64,000 nucleotides of DNA. Origin: Candidatus Babeliales bacterium. Lineage in GTDB: Bacteria; Babelota; Babeliae; Babelales; JANWKD01. Shown piece after piece: positions 49,896 to 58,954 of the stretch (positions are counted from its first letter, which is position 1; every line of letters begins with the position of its first letter). The DNA is taken from positions 1,312,001 to 1,376,000 of the forward strand of contig CAVRJM010000001.1 in assembly GCA_963722075.1 (NCBI GenBank), read 5' to 3'. Under the pieces are notes generated by a model. That model did not search any database and was not told where the DNA came from. It worked only from the letters and a program-made list of their open reading frames with translations. The translations under genes were made by a program, and so were the position numbers.

Positions 49896-50041
49896 AACTT
49901 CTTCTAAATACATGTATTTTAATACTTTGAGTTAATTGTATAATTCTTCAAAGACTTGGTATACCTAGTTAGTCTATCAATATCGTATGCACATTATATG
50001 AAATATACACGTTATTCAAGCGTTTTCTGGAACTTACCTTA

Positions 50042-50701
50042 TTATAATAAATTTTTTAAATCTAATTCTGCATATGAATCAATAATTAAATCAGATTCCT
50101 GTACATATTCTCGATTTTTACTGGAATTAATACCAATACAAAACATGCCAGCTCCTTGTGCCGCTTTAATGCCATGCGCAGAATCCTCAATAGCAATACA
50201 TTCTTGGGGATCGATGCCTAATTTTTCTGCTGCATAGAGGTAGATGGCTGGATCTGGTTTGCATTTATTATTCACGTGTGAAATGCCGTAAATATGTTCT
50301 CCAAAATAGTGCTCTAATTGGAGTGCTTGTTTAGTAACCAGCACGGTAGCATCATCAGCGTTAGTGGCAACGCCATTTTTAAGATTATGTTGTACTACTT
50401 TTTTATGAAACTCCAAAAAGCCATCAATAAATTTTACCTGTTTTTTGTATAATTTAACGGCGTTATTTGATTTTTCTTGTACTAATTCTTTAATTGGCTC
50501 TTGCAAATTAAAGGTGTTTTTAATGATGGTGCACGTTTCGTGGAGTGCAAGTCCACGTATTTGGCGTTGTAATGGGCAATTGTCACCGGGCTGATATTGG
50601 ATGCCGCGCGCGGTAATTAAATCAAGGGTTGCTTGACGCCAAATGTCTTCGGTATCGATAATGGTACCGTCCATGTCAAAAATAATTGCTTTATATTTCA
50701 T
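50042..50701 (-). CDS. HAD-family phosphatase (beta-PGM/CbbY-like)
   Basis: FDMDGT, ATN, KPDPAIY, IEDS..GI.AA. Confidence 0.92.
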   Translation of the reverse strand: MKYKAIIFDMDGTIIDTEDIWRQATLDLITARGIQYQPGDNCPLQRQIRGLALHETCTIIKNTFNLQEPIKELVQEKSNNAVKLYKKQVKFIDGFLEFHKKVVQHNLKNGVATNADDATVLVTKQALQLEHYFGEHIYGISHVNNKCKPDPAIYLYAAEKLGIDPQECIAIEDSAHGIKAAQGAGMFCIGINSSKNREYVQESDLIIDSYAELDLKNLL

Positions 50702-50792
50702 ATATAAAATCCTTTTATATCCAGTTGTTGATAGCGATGATTGTTGTTATAGTAATACGTATATTGTTTTTCTTTTATTGTAGGTAGTAATT

Positions 50793-51464
50793 ATGGTAAA
50801 TAATTATATTTCAATCTGTTTTAAAACCGTTTGTTCATATCTACTTCTTGAATTATCAGGATATCTTAAAGGTAGTTATGTGGTGGGAACAAAACGGCTT
50901 TTTTTCTCGGGTATTAATTGTTCAGGCCCCTTAATAAATAGGTTTAGCGGTATAGGCGCCTTACTTTTATATACTATACGGCACTTATTAGTCTTTAGTG
51001 CTGGAAATCCATTTTTCAATCCTTTAGTATACCATATTCCTACCTTTATTGCATCAGCCTATTGGTATAGCACAAATAAAGCAGTCCGGTTGCTACTGCC
51101 AGCGGCTTGTATGGCTGCTTTCATACTGCATCCGGTTGGCTATCAAGCGTTTTTTTATTCAGGGTTTTGGTTGATTCCTATGATCATCCATCTATTACCA
51201 GTAAGAAACCCTTTTTTAGAAGCGTTGGGTACCACCTTTATAGCGCATGCGATAGGTTCAGTATTAGTACTTTATATGAATCCGCTCCCAGCAGCAATGT
51301 GGCTTAGTTTAATGCCCGTTGTTGTTATTGAACGATTATTATTTGCAACAGGAATGACCTGTATATATTACGCAGCAATTACTATTAAGCGATTAATAGA
51401 ACAGTATGAATCACCTATTTACCCGATACAGGGATATACCTTCATTAAACGATTAAAGGCATAA
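50793..51464 (+). CDS. Multi-pass membrane protein of unknown function
   Basis: About 6 TM segments; FILHPVG, FWLIP, LGTTFIAHAIG, ERLLFA. Confidence 0.7.
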   Translation: MVNNYISICFKTVCSYLLLELSGYLKGSYVVGTKRLFFSGINCSGPLINRFSGIGALLLYTIRHLLVFSAGNPFFNPLVYHIPTFIASAYWYSTNKAVRLLLPAACMAAFILHPVGYQAFFYSGFWLIPMIIHLLPVRNPFLEALGTTFIAHAIGSVLVLYMNPLPAAMWLSLMPVVVIERLLFATGMTCIYYAAITIKRLIEQYESPIYPIQGYTFIKRLKA

Positions 51465-51465
51465 T

Positions 51466-52155
51466 ATGATAAATCATATTGCATTTATTATGGATGGTAA
51501 TAGAAGATGGGCAAAGAGACAGGGGCTGTTACCTTTTTTAGGGCATAATAAAGGAGCGCAAACTATTCAGCATGTAGTTGAATTTTGTTTAAAAAATAAT
51601 ATTAAGTACAGTTCTTTATATGCATTCTCACTGGAGAATTTCAATCGTTCTGCGCAAGAAATTACGTATCTTTTTGATTTATTAATTAATGAAGCGCATA
51701 AAAAATTGCCAGTTTTTCTTGAAAATAATATTAAGGTTCGTTTTATTGGTGATCGTTCCCTATTTCCTGCTAAAATTATGGCAACTGCGCAAGATATGGA
51801 AGAAAAAACTGCCAACTGTTCAGCATTAAATCTTAATTTTCTTTTTTGTTATGGAGCACGCCAAGAAATTATGGCCGCAGTAAAAACATGCGTTGAAAAT
51901 GTTAAAAAAGGTCTTATTGCATTAGAAGATATCACGGATGATCTGTTTAAAAAATATTTATGGACCGGTGATATTCCCGAACCAGAACTTATTATACGCA
52001 CGAGCGGTGTTAAACGATTGAGTAACTTTTTATTATATCAGGCAGCGTATAGCGAATTTTGCTTTCTGGATTGCTTATGGCCTGATATCACCCAAGAACA
52101 TATGCAAGGTGCCCTTGATAGTTATTTAGAAACCAAAAGAAATTTTGGTCATTAA
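51466..52155 (+). CDS. uppS: Undecaprenyl diphosphate synthase
   Basis: HIAFIMDGNRRWA, YAFSLENFNR, IIRTSG..RLSNFLLYQ. Confidence 0.96.
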   Translation: MINHIAFIMDGNRRWAKRQGLLPFLGHNKGAQTIQHVVEFCLKNNIKYSSLYAFSLENFNRSAQEITYLFDLLINEAHKKLPVFLENNIKVRFIGDRSLFPAKIMATAQDMEEKTANCSALNLNFLFCYGARQEIMAAVKTCVENVKKGLIALEDITDDLFKKYLWTGDIPEPELIIRTSGVKRLSNFLLYQAAYSEFCFLDCLWPDITQEHMQGALDSYLETKRNFGH

Positions 52156-52157
52156 CG

Positions 52158-53117
52158 ATGATAACCGTTGTTGGCGAAGGCGCCTGGGGTACGGCAGTAG
52201 CAACCGTACTTGCTTATAATAGACAAGCAGTCTTTTTATGGTGCAATGATCCGCAAGTAAAAAAAAGTATCGAAACAACACGCTATAACGATCGTTATCT
52301 ACCGGGTGTTTTTTTGTCTGAATTAATTATTCCTGTTACGGATTTACCAGAGGCAATTAGAGAAAGCTTGTGGATTTTTGAATCTACGCCAGTTCAATTT
52401 TTACGTTCAGTACTTAGTTCTCTTGATAAAAAAATTGTTGAAGATAAACGCTGGGTGGTGTTAAGTAAGGGAATAGAGAAAGATACCTTATTATTACCAA
52501 CGCAGCTTATTAATGAACTTTTTAATACTACCAACTATGTAGTGATGTTTGGCCCTAGTTTTGCGCATGAGTTAGCCAAGCAACAATTAACCGCCGTTAC
52601 ATTGGCAACTGATAATGGTGCGCTTGCACAAGAGGTACAGAAAATAGTAACGACCGATTATTTAAAGACATTTATGAGCGATGATATGATTGGTGTGCAA
52701 TGTGCGGGTGCCTTTAAAAATGTACTGGCGCTTATAGTTGGCATACTTGATGGGGCTGGATGCGGTGATAATACCAAGGCATTTGTGCTTACGCGCGGCT
52801 TACAAGAAATAATTCAATTATCTGAGCAGCTTGGTGCACATGCGCAAACCTTCTATGGCCTTGCGGGTATTGGCGATCTGGTGTTAACAGCGTATGGTAA
52901 ATCAAGTAGAAATGTCATGGTAGGTCAAAAAATGGGTAAAGGGCAGAGTCTTGAAATGATATTGCAAGAGACAGGAGCGATTCCTGAAAGTATTAATACC
53001 TTAAAATCTATGCGAGAGCTTATTATAGAAAAAAAACTTACCTTGCCGCTTTTAATGGGTATATATGATATTGTTTTTAATCGATTGAGTGTCGAGCAGT
53101 TTTTGAAAAAGATTTAA
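52158..53117 (+). CDS. gpsA: NAD(P)H-dependent glycerol-3-phosphate dehydrogenase
   Basis: GEGAWGTA, SKGIE, GPSFA.E, KNVLA, GIGDLVLT...SRN. Confidence 0.95.
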   Translation: MITVVGEGAWGTAVATVLAYNRQAVFLWCNDPQVKKSIETTRYNDRYLPGVFLSELIIPVTDLPEAIRESLWIFESTPVQFLRSVLSSLDKKIVEDKRWVVLSKGIEKDTLLLPTQLINELFNTTNYVVMFGPSFAHELAKQQLTAVTLATDNGALAQEVQKIVTTDYLKTFMSDDMIGVQCAGAFKNVLALIVGILDGAGCGDNTKAFVLTRGLQEIIQLSEQLGAHAQTFYGLAGIGDLVLTAYGKSSRNVMVGQKMGKGQSLEMILQETGAIPESINTLKSMRELIIEKKLTLPLLMGIYDIVFNRLSVEQFLKKI

Positions 53118-53165
53118 TTTTTATATATTCAGTGCATATTCAAATTTGGTAAATAAATCGCCATT

Positions 53166-53346
53166 GTCATCCTGAGCGTAGCGCGGGAATCCAGAAAATC
53201 CTTGTCGTTGCGAGCTTGTCGAAGCAATCCAGTAGTAAAATATATCATTGTCATTCCGAGTGCGTCCGACTTCGCCAAGGCTTCGCCGGATTCCGTCAAT
53301 AGGCGCGCCTGTCCGGCGTAGTTTTAACGTAGACGGATGGGAATCC
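53166..53346 (+). repeat. Three tandem family-1 repeats (53166-53194, 53204-53233, 53250-53346), the last with two nested family-2 hairpins
   Basis: GTCRT...ATCCA units. Confidence 0.9.
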
Positions 53347-53393
53347 ATTAAATAATTAACATCAAAATTTTTCTATGGCCTAATACCGGCCGG

Positions 53394-53890
53394 GTATGAA
53401 AATATTGCATGCCCAATATTTTCAATACAAGGGCAAATAAGAGAAGGATCTCTTATTTATCTCTCTTGATCGCAAAAAAGGCCGGCCCTCGCACATCTAA
53501 CGATGTGCTGCAGACCGTTCGACGGTTTTGCTCGAAGGCCATTTGATTTTATCCATTGTTTGCAGCCTTCGCTTTGCCAGCTACGGCTGATTCAGTTCCT
53601 ATCCGTCTTTCGCTAAAGCTTCGACGTGACAAGCGTCTTTATCCCACCATAACCTTGGCAACGGCAGAACGGAATGACGATATTGCCGTAATTGCTATTT
53701 TTTCTTTATGGATTAGGTTGCATTAAAAGTGGAATAGTTGAATAAATAAAAAGTCCGGTAATGCGTCGTGCACCCGAAGTGTTAATGCGGAGCGTTAATC
53801 ACGTGTGGTGCATATACGCATGGGAGAGCAGTCCAGCAGCATGCTGGCGCCATTTTGTCCACGGTATTTTGGGCGAGCAAAATACCGGGC
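53394..53890. mobile_element. Possible degenerate non-coding element bounded by inverted terminal hairpins, with a nested repeat cluster (53563-53678)
   Basis: Hairpins 53398-53423 and 53862-53887 share a TTGC..GCCCAA core in opposite orientations. Confidence 0.4.
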
Positions 53891-53999
53891 TTGCAGAATT
53901 AGAATAAGATTCAATAGTTTGGGTTGGTTCGCAAGCGATGTCCGCCGAACAAGATCGAATAATTATTTATTATCTTTATCAATAAATTTAAAAAATAAT

Positions 54000-54443
54000 T
54001 TATTGATACCACTTCTTATAAATGCCAAAACCAGTAGTGCATAATGCAGCTACAATTAATACATCGCCAGGCATTAATCGATGTGATATCCAATTAGTGA
54101 GAATCAAATAGGAATCAGGATATGCGGTACTCCACACGCCATGCATTCGGTTATTACGTTTATAAAAAGGTAGACGTAATTCGGTAAAATTTATATCGTC
54201 AGTATTATGCGGATCATTTTCGATATGTTTTTTAATGCAACGTGCTACCGAATCATCTTCAATCTTGAAGTAGCAATTCCCTTCTTTTCTCTCTTTGCCT
54301 CGATATTCATCGAATAATTGAATGCCATCAATAAAAAGAAAACTGAACGCCTTGTTGCAATAATCCTTAAAAGTTAAGTTAGCGTGTAAAGAAGAAAATA
54401 AAAATATAATGAAAAATAATATTTTATAAAATTTAATATACAT
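54000..54443 (-). CDS. Hypothetical secreted protein with C-terminal TM
   Basis: Signal peptide ...LHA; C-terminal hydrophobic helix followed by KK. Confidence 0.65.
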   Translation of the reverse strand: MYIKFYKILFFIIFLFSSLHANLTFKDYCNKAFSFLFIDGIQLFDEYRGKERKEGNCYFKIEDDSVARCIKKHIENDPHNTDDINFTELRLPFYKRNNRMHGVWSTAYPDSYLILTNWISHRLMPGDVLIVAALCTTGFGIYKKWYQ

Positions 54444-54499
54444 ATTAACAATATATCAAAAATTAAGAGTGTTATAAATAGATATATTTGCTACTCTTT

Positions 54500-54593
54500 G
54501 TCATCTTGAGGAGCCTAGCGACGTAAAGATCCAGTAATAAAATAAGAAAAATAATATAACTGGATTCTCACGGCCTAAAGGCCTCAGAATGAC
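54500..54593. repeat. Inverted pair of family-1 repeats
   Basis: 54500-54535 (+) and 54559-54593 (-). Confidence 0.9.
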
Positions 54594-54595
54594 AT

Positions 54596-55300
54596 TTAGG
54601 TTACATATAAGTGCACCTGAAATGGTTTCTTTAAATCTAATAATGAACCGGCCAATGGTTTCTGGTCAATAACCTTGCATCTTTTACATTGATGAGTTGC
54701 TTCAGCTGGATGCGCATGAATAATCGTATATTTAATGGAATGCTCATCAAGAAATGATTGTACCTCGGTAACGAGCCGTTGTTTAAATGAAGGCAGTACT
54801 ATTGGTTTATGACTGGTGTCTTGTGAGAGGTATATGATCATACGGTTATCAATGAGCGGTTGATTCGGTTCAGGAATTTGTCCGATACAACTGTGTGCTG
54901 GGTAATGATGCGAAAAATAATGATAACTTACCAGAATATTGTTTTCTGCTGCCATGCGTTCAATTTCATCTTTAGTTTTTTTATGGAAATCGGGAACTAT
55001 TTTTGTGGGTGGTAATTTTGAAATAACTAAAAAAACTGATTGATGAGCACGAATTTTTCGCGCGGGAACAGGAATTTGATTTATAATAGTGCCAGGAACA
55101 AGGGTACTATCTTCTTTTTGGGATAAAACGCGCGCATTAAGATTATGATCAGAAAGAATTTGCAGTGCGTTAGTGAGATTTTTGCCTATTAAGCACGGCG
55201 TTTCAAATGAAGAAGGGCTTAAAAAATAGTAAAAAATAGCATAACTTGCAATAAAAGATACAAAAGGGAAAAACCAAAGAAATCGATTTACATGAATCAT
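54596..55300 (-). CDS. PASTA-domain protein
   Basis: N-terminal TM; three PASTA-like repeats (P.LIGK...GTIINQIP, PDF...IGQIPEP, PSF...VIDQKP.AG); start moved to 55300 because the ORF-track start lies inside rnpB. Confidence 0.85.
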   Translation of the reverse strand: MIHVNRFLWFFPFVSFIASYAIFYYFLSPSSFETPCLIGKNLTNALQILSDHNLNARVLSQKEDSTLVPGTIINQIPVPARKIRAHQSVFLVISKLPPTKIVPDFHKKTKDEIERMAAENNILVSYHYFSHHYPAHSCIGQIPEPNQPLIDNRMIIYLSQDTSHKPIVLPSFKQRLVTEVQSFLDEHSIKYTIIHAHPAEATHQCKRCKVIDQKPLAGSLLDLKKPFQVHLYVT

Positions 55301-55316
55301 AATAATATGAGAGGTT

Positions 55317-55660
55317 AAAGGTAAGCTTATAAGCCGGATTCTGTACTTTACTAAGTAAAGTGGCAATCATCTATCTAGGCGACATACCCGCATGCTTAAT
55401 AGAACGAAAAACTACATGCTTATTTTGTCTTGCTCCAAGTAGGGTTTACCCCACATAATTCATTACTGAATTATGGCGTACGCTCTTACCGTACATTTTC
55501 ACCCTTACCGCTAATTCTGTTAACGGCGGTTATTTTCTGTGGCACTCTCCATGGATTTACATCCCCCTTAATTGAATTACTCTCTTAAGGTACTTTTTTC
55601 GTTAGGAGTCCGGACTTTCCTCTTTTACCCGAAGTAAAAGCGATTGCCCCGCTTACCTTT
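55317..55660 (-). ncRNA. rnpB: RNase P RNA
   Basis: Minus strand: GAGGAAAGTCCGG, AGTGCCACAGAAAA, GGTAAACCC, GAGCAAG, TAGATAGATGATTG, ACAGAATCCGGCTTAT; P1 formed by AAAGGTAAGC/GCTTACCTTT. Confidence 0.95.
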
Positions 55661-56092
55661 AAATAAAAATTTCAACATACTTGATAATATTACTATATTA
55701 ACACAAATAGTATAAAAAGTATAGGTTTCTATGGGTGTATAATGAAAGAACCAGCCCTTTAAAAAATAGGTAAAAAGCAATACGCATACAAATACCATAT
55801 AGATAGGTATACAGGCATCTTCATAGAGATAAGGTCGAAGATAAAAAATAATTGCTGAAATAATGATCAATGGTAAAAGTGCAATGCCAAAATGATCTAT
55901 TTCTAAAAAAAGCTCAGCAGCAATTAACACGCTTAAAAAAATAATGGAAGGGAATTTAAATGATCCTAACAGTGCGATAGAATAATACGATAATAAAAAA
56001 CAAAAAAATTTTTTTTCAAAAAAACCGTATAAAATAATATCTAGAAAAAAAAATAACAATGCATAGCCATAAAACAATATATTTATTGGCAT
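55625..56092 (-). CDS. Hydrophobic membrane protein, possibly MreD-like
   Basis: 155 aa with about 5 TM segments, near PASTA and PBP genes; family call is tentative. Confidence 0.55.
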   Translation of the reverse strand: MPINILFYGYALLFFFLDIILYGFFEKKFFCFLLSYYSIALLGSFKFPSIIFLSVLIAAELFLEIDHFGIALLPLIIISAIIFYLRPYLYEDACIPIYMVFVCVLLFTYFLKGWFFHYTPIETYTFYTICVNIVILSSMLKFLFKGKRGNRFYFG

Positions 56093-56203
56093 AATTATTT
56101 TACCTTATCTCTTTTTAATTTAACGTTATATTGACAAATAATATTATTCAAGTAAATTTTAGTTGTTGTTAAGTTTGATATTTTTTATTATCTAGGAGTT
56201 TAA

Positions 56204-56623
56204 ATGAAAAAACAAATTACCTTAACTGTTCTTGGTGCTATGTTATTTACTGGCTCGGTATTTTCTACAAAAGCTGAAGAACCAACTACTTCTGCAACAG
56301 AAACAAAAGTAGAGACAACGGCGGCGGTTGTTGCTCCTACAGCAGCAAATTCAGGCGCAGAAGCAACAGCAAGTGCGCCGGTAGAACCTAATGCAAGTGC
56401 TACAACTGCAACAAATACCACTGATGCTGCAGCAAGCACAAAAACTGATTCTTCTATCGCTACCAAAACCGAATCTTGGTTAAATAAATTAGGAAGTAAT
56501 TTAAAAACCTATAAATGGCATATCGCGGGTGGTGTAGCTGTAATTGCGGGTGCTTACATAGCATTCAAATTGTACCAAGCATACAACGAAGAAGAAGTTG
56601 AACAAGAAGTACAATTAGTCTAA
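56204..56623 (+). CDS. Secreted Ala/Thr-rich protein with C-terminal membrane anchor
   Basis: AGGAG RBS, signal peptide, low-complexity linker, TM then acidic tail. Confidence 0.8.
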   Translation: MKKQITLTVLGAMLFTGSVFSTKAEEPTTSATETKVETTAAVVAPTAANSGAEATASAPVEPNASATTATNTTDAAASTKTDSSIATKTESWLNKLGSNLKTYKWHIAGGVAVIAGAYIAFKLYQAYNEEEVEQEVQLV

Positions 56624-56692
56624 TTAGTTTAAGACAGTAATACCTGTCAGAATTAACATTATTGTAACTTAACGACAATTATAGAAATTTCG

Positions 56693-56720
56693 ATAGGGTC
56701 GCAGCATGCGACCCTATTTT
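56693..56720 (+). terminator. Intrinsic terminator
   Basis: Perfect 11-bp stem ATAGGGTCGCA-gca-TGCGACCCTAT followed by TTT. Confidence 0.75.
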
Positions 56721-56727
56721 GGTAATT

Positions 56728-58617
56728 ATGATTCATATACTTCGTTATTTAGCTTTTCTTTTTGTTTTATTCCTTTCGGTTATAACCAGTTTATTTTTCT
56801 TTGTTATTCATCATCATTGGATAGATTTTTCATCATTGGAACAGTATTATCAAGGGAAGCCTTCAATTGTACTTGATGACGAAGGCAAAGAATGGACTCG
56901 CTTTACCTACGATAAACGCAAATCGGTTGATATTACTATGTTGCCTGAGCATGTCATACAGGCATTTATTGCAGCTGAAGATCACAATTTCTTTAATCAT
57001 CCGGGTATTTCATTAAAAGGTATAATCCGTTCATTACTCATAAATGTATATCACGGCAAAATTGTACAAGGAGCAAGTACCATAACGCAGCAATTGGTAA
57101 AGTTACTGTTTACTGATTCACGGCGTACCTTAATGCGCAAATTTAAAGATCAATTTTTGGCGGTATTAGTGGAGCGGCAATTTACCAAAGATCATATTTT
57201 GCAATTATATCTTAATAATATTTGCTTTGGTTGTGGCATTTATGGCATACAAGCTGCCAGTGAACGGTTTTGGAGTAAGCCTGCACATGAATTAACGGTT
57301 GATGAAGCGGCATTGCTGGCAGGGGTTGTTAAAAATCCTTCTCATTATTGCCCGCTTTTATATCCCTTATCTGCCCAAAAAAGAAGATCGATAGTGTTAC
57401 ATTCCATGTTGCAAATGGGTTTTATTACTAAAACAGAATATGAATTATACAAAAATAAATCGTTAGAATTAAATATCCCCCAGATAGCCTGTATTGCACC
57501 ACATTTAAAGGAACATATTCGTATTTATTTAGAAGAAAAAGTTGGTAAAAAGAAATTATATACCGGCGGGTTGATAATTCAAACAACCGTAAATAGTTTT
57601 ATACAAAAAAAGGCGATGGAAATTTTTCATGAACAAATAAAGCTGTTACGTTCCGGTAAAATGAATTGTGTTGATGGTGGTGTTATTACTATTGAAGGAA
57701 AAACCGGGCATATTAAAGCATGTGTCGGCGGTTATGATTTTAATGCTTCGCAATTTAATAGAGCTTTGCAAGCGCGCCGACAACTCGGGTCAATATTTAA
57801 GCCTATTATTTTTACCATTGCCTTGCAGCAGGGAATGAATTTTGCTCAAACAGAATTAGATGAACCTATAGAAGTTGTGCAATCAAATAGCTCATGGAAA
57901 CCACGAAATGCTATACGAAAATTTGAAGGCGAAATGACGTTGGCGCGCGCATTGGCGCATTCCAATAATATTATTCCAATTAAGACCTTATTATCGGTTG
58001 GATTTGATCCGGTGATAGCGCTTGCCCGCAAATGTGGATTACCAGAAAATATTCAACGGTATCCTTCTTTAGGATTAGGATGTGTTGAGGGGACACTTAA
58101 AGAAGCAGTAGGAATGTTTAATGTATTTGCACAAAATGGTATGTATATCGAGCCCTATTGTATACGATGGGTTAAAGATGAATGGGGTACTAAAATTCTG
58201 AATTATAAACCTCAAAAATATATAGTTATTTCGGCACATGAAGTGGGGCAAGTTGCTAAAGTGCTTGCTATTGGTATGGAGCGTGCGCGAAAAAAATATA
58301 AAGATAAAGAATGGCTTGCAACTGAAGCAATTGGAAAAACAGGAACAACCAATGATTCACGAACATGCTGGTTTGTTGGTGCAACACCTGATTTTACGAC
58401 GGCATGTTATATTGGTAATGATGATAATTCGCCGTTAGGAAGTAATGTGTTCGCTGTTTCTACCGGTTTTCCTATTTGGAAGAATTTGCATAAGGTATTA
58501 CCCATCACAAAAAATAAATTTTCCTACGATCCATCCTTAAAGGAAATTATTATACATGCACGAACGGGTCAACCATGTACGGTAAATGATCCGGAGGCAT
58601 TTACTATTTTTGTATGA
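56728..58617 (+). CDS. Class A penicillin-binding protein (PBP1A family)
   Basis: Transglycosylase EDHNF and GASTITQQL; transpeptidase SIFK, SNN, KTGT. Confidence 0.93.
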   Translation: MIHILRYLAFLFVLFLSVITSLFFFVIHHHWIDFSSLEQYYQGKPSIVLDDEGKEWTRFTYDKRKSVDITMLPEHVIQAFIAAEDHNFFNHPGISLKGIIRSLLINVYHGKIVQGASTITQQLVKLLFTDSRRTLMRKFKDQFLAVLVERQFTKDHILQLYLNNICFGCGIYGIQAASERFWSKPAHELTVDEAALLAGVVKNPSHYCPLLYPLSAQKRRSIVLHSMLQMGFITKTEYELYKNKSLELNIPQIACIAPHLKEHIRIYLEEKVGKKKLYTGGLIIQTTVNSFIQKKAMEIFHEQIKLLRSGKMNCVDGGVITIEGKTGHIKACVGGYDFNASQFNRALQARRQLGSIFKPIIFTIALQQGMNFAQTELDEPIEVVQSNSSWKPRNAIRKFEGEMTLARALAHSNNIIPIKTLLSVGFDPVIALARKCGLPENIQRYPSLGLGCVEGTLKEAVGMFNVFAQNGMYIEPYCIRWVKDEWGTKILNYKPQKYIVISAHEVGQVAKVLAIGMERARKKYKDKEWLATEAIGKTGTTNDSRTCWFVGATPDFTTACYIGNDDNSPLGSNVFAVSTGFPIWKNLHKVLPITKNKFSYDPSLKEIIIHARTGQPCTVNDPEAFTIFV

Positions 58618-58665
58618 TTTTTTTGTAACTTTCTTAAATCAATACAGTATGAATGATCTTATTAA

Positions 58666-58798
58666 TGGATCCAGCCTTCGTTGAAACTTCGGCGGACACA
58701 GTGCCCACGCCTTGTCCGCCATAGCCTTGGCGACGGCGGAAAGCTCGCCATGACGACTGTGATTCCTATTGTCATTCCGAACGAAGTGTGGGAATTCA
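58666..58798. repeat. Nested family-1/family-2 composite (58666-58754, minus) plus a family-1 unit (58771-58798, plus)
   Basis: Reverse complement matches 37384-37506. Confidence 0.88.
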
Positions 58799-58954
58799 TT
58801 AATTAATACATCCTTTAATATTCGTTAATATAACTCTTTATATTGTACGGACTTTTTGATGTGATTGCTTGGCCCAAAATTATTAAAATTATTGATTACA
58901 TATCAATAATTTGCGCATGGTTATTAAAAATTGCCACCGTTAAAAAAGGAAATA

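Noticed and set aside
53121..53348. 75-aa ORF MDSHPSTLKLRRTG...
   Set aside because: Mostly translated palindromic repeats
53480..53540. HDV-like ribozyme (GGCCGGC start)
   Set aside because: No complementary P1 3' strand or nested pseudoknot could be built
53805..54044. 79-aa ORF
   Set aside because: Runs through the terminal hairpin of the non-coding element, has no RBS or motifs, and overlaps a convergent gene
55301..55366. N-terminal extension of the PASTA ORF
   Set aside because: Lies largely within the 3' end of the RNase P RNA; ATG 55300 precedes the TM anchor
5831..58798. Repeat clusters as CRISPR arrays
   Set aside because: Units alternate in orientation, vary in sequence, have irregular spacing and no cas genes are present
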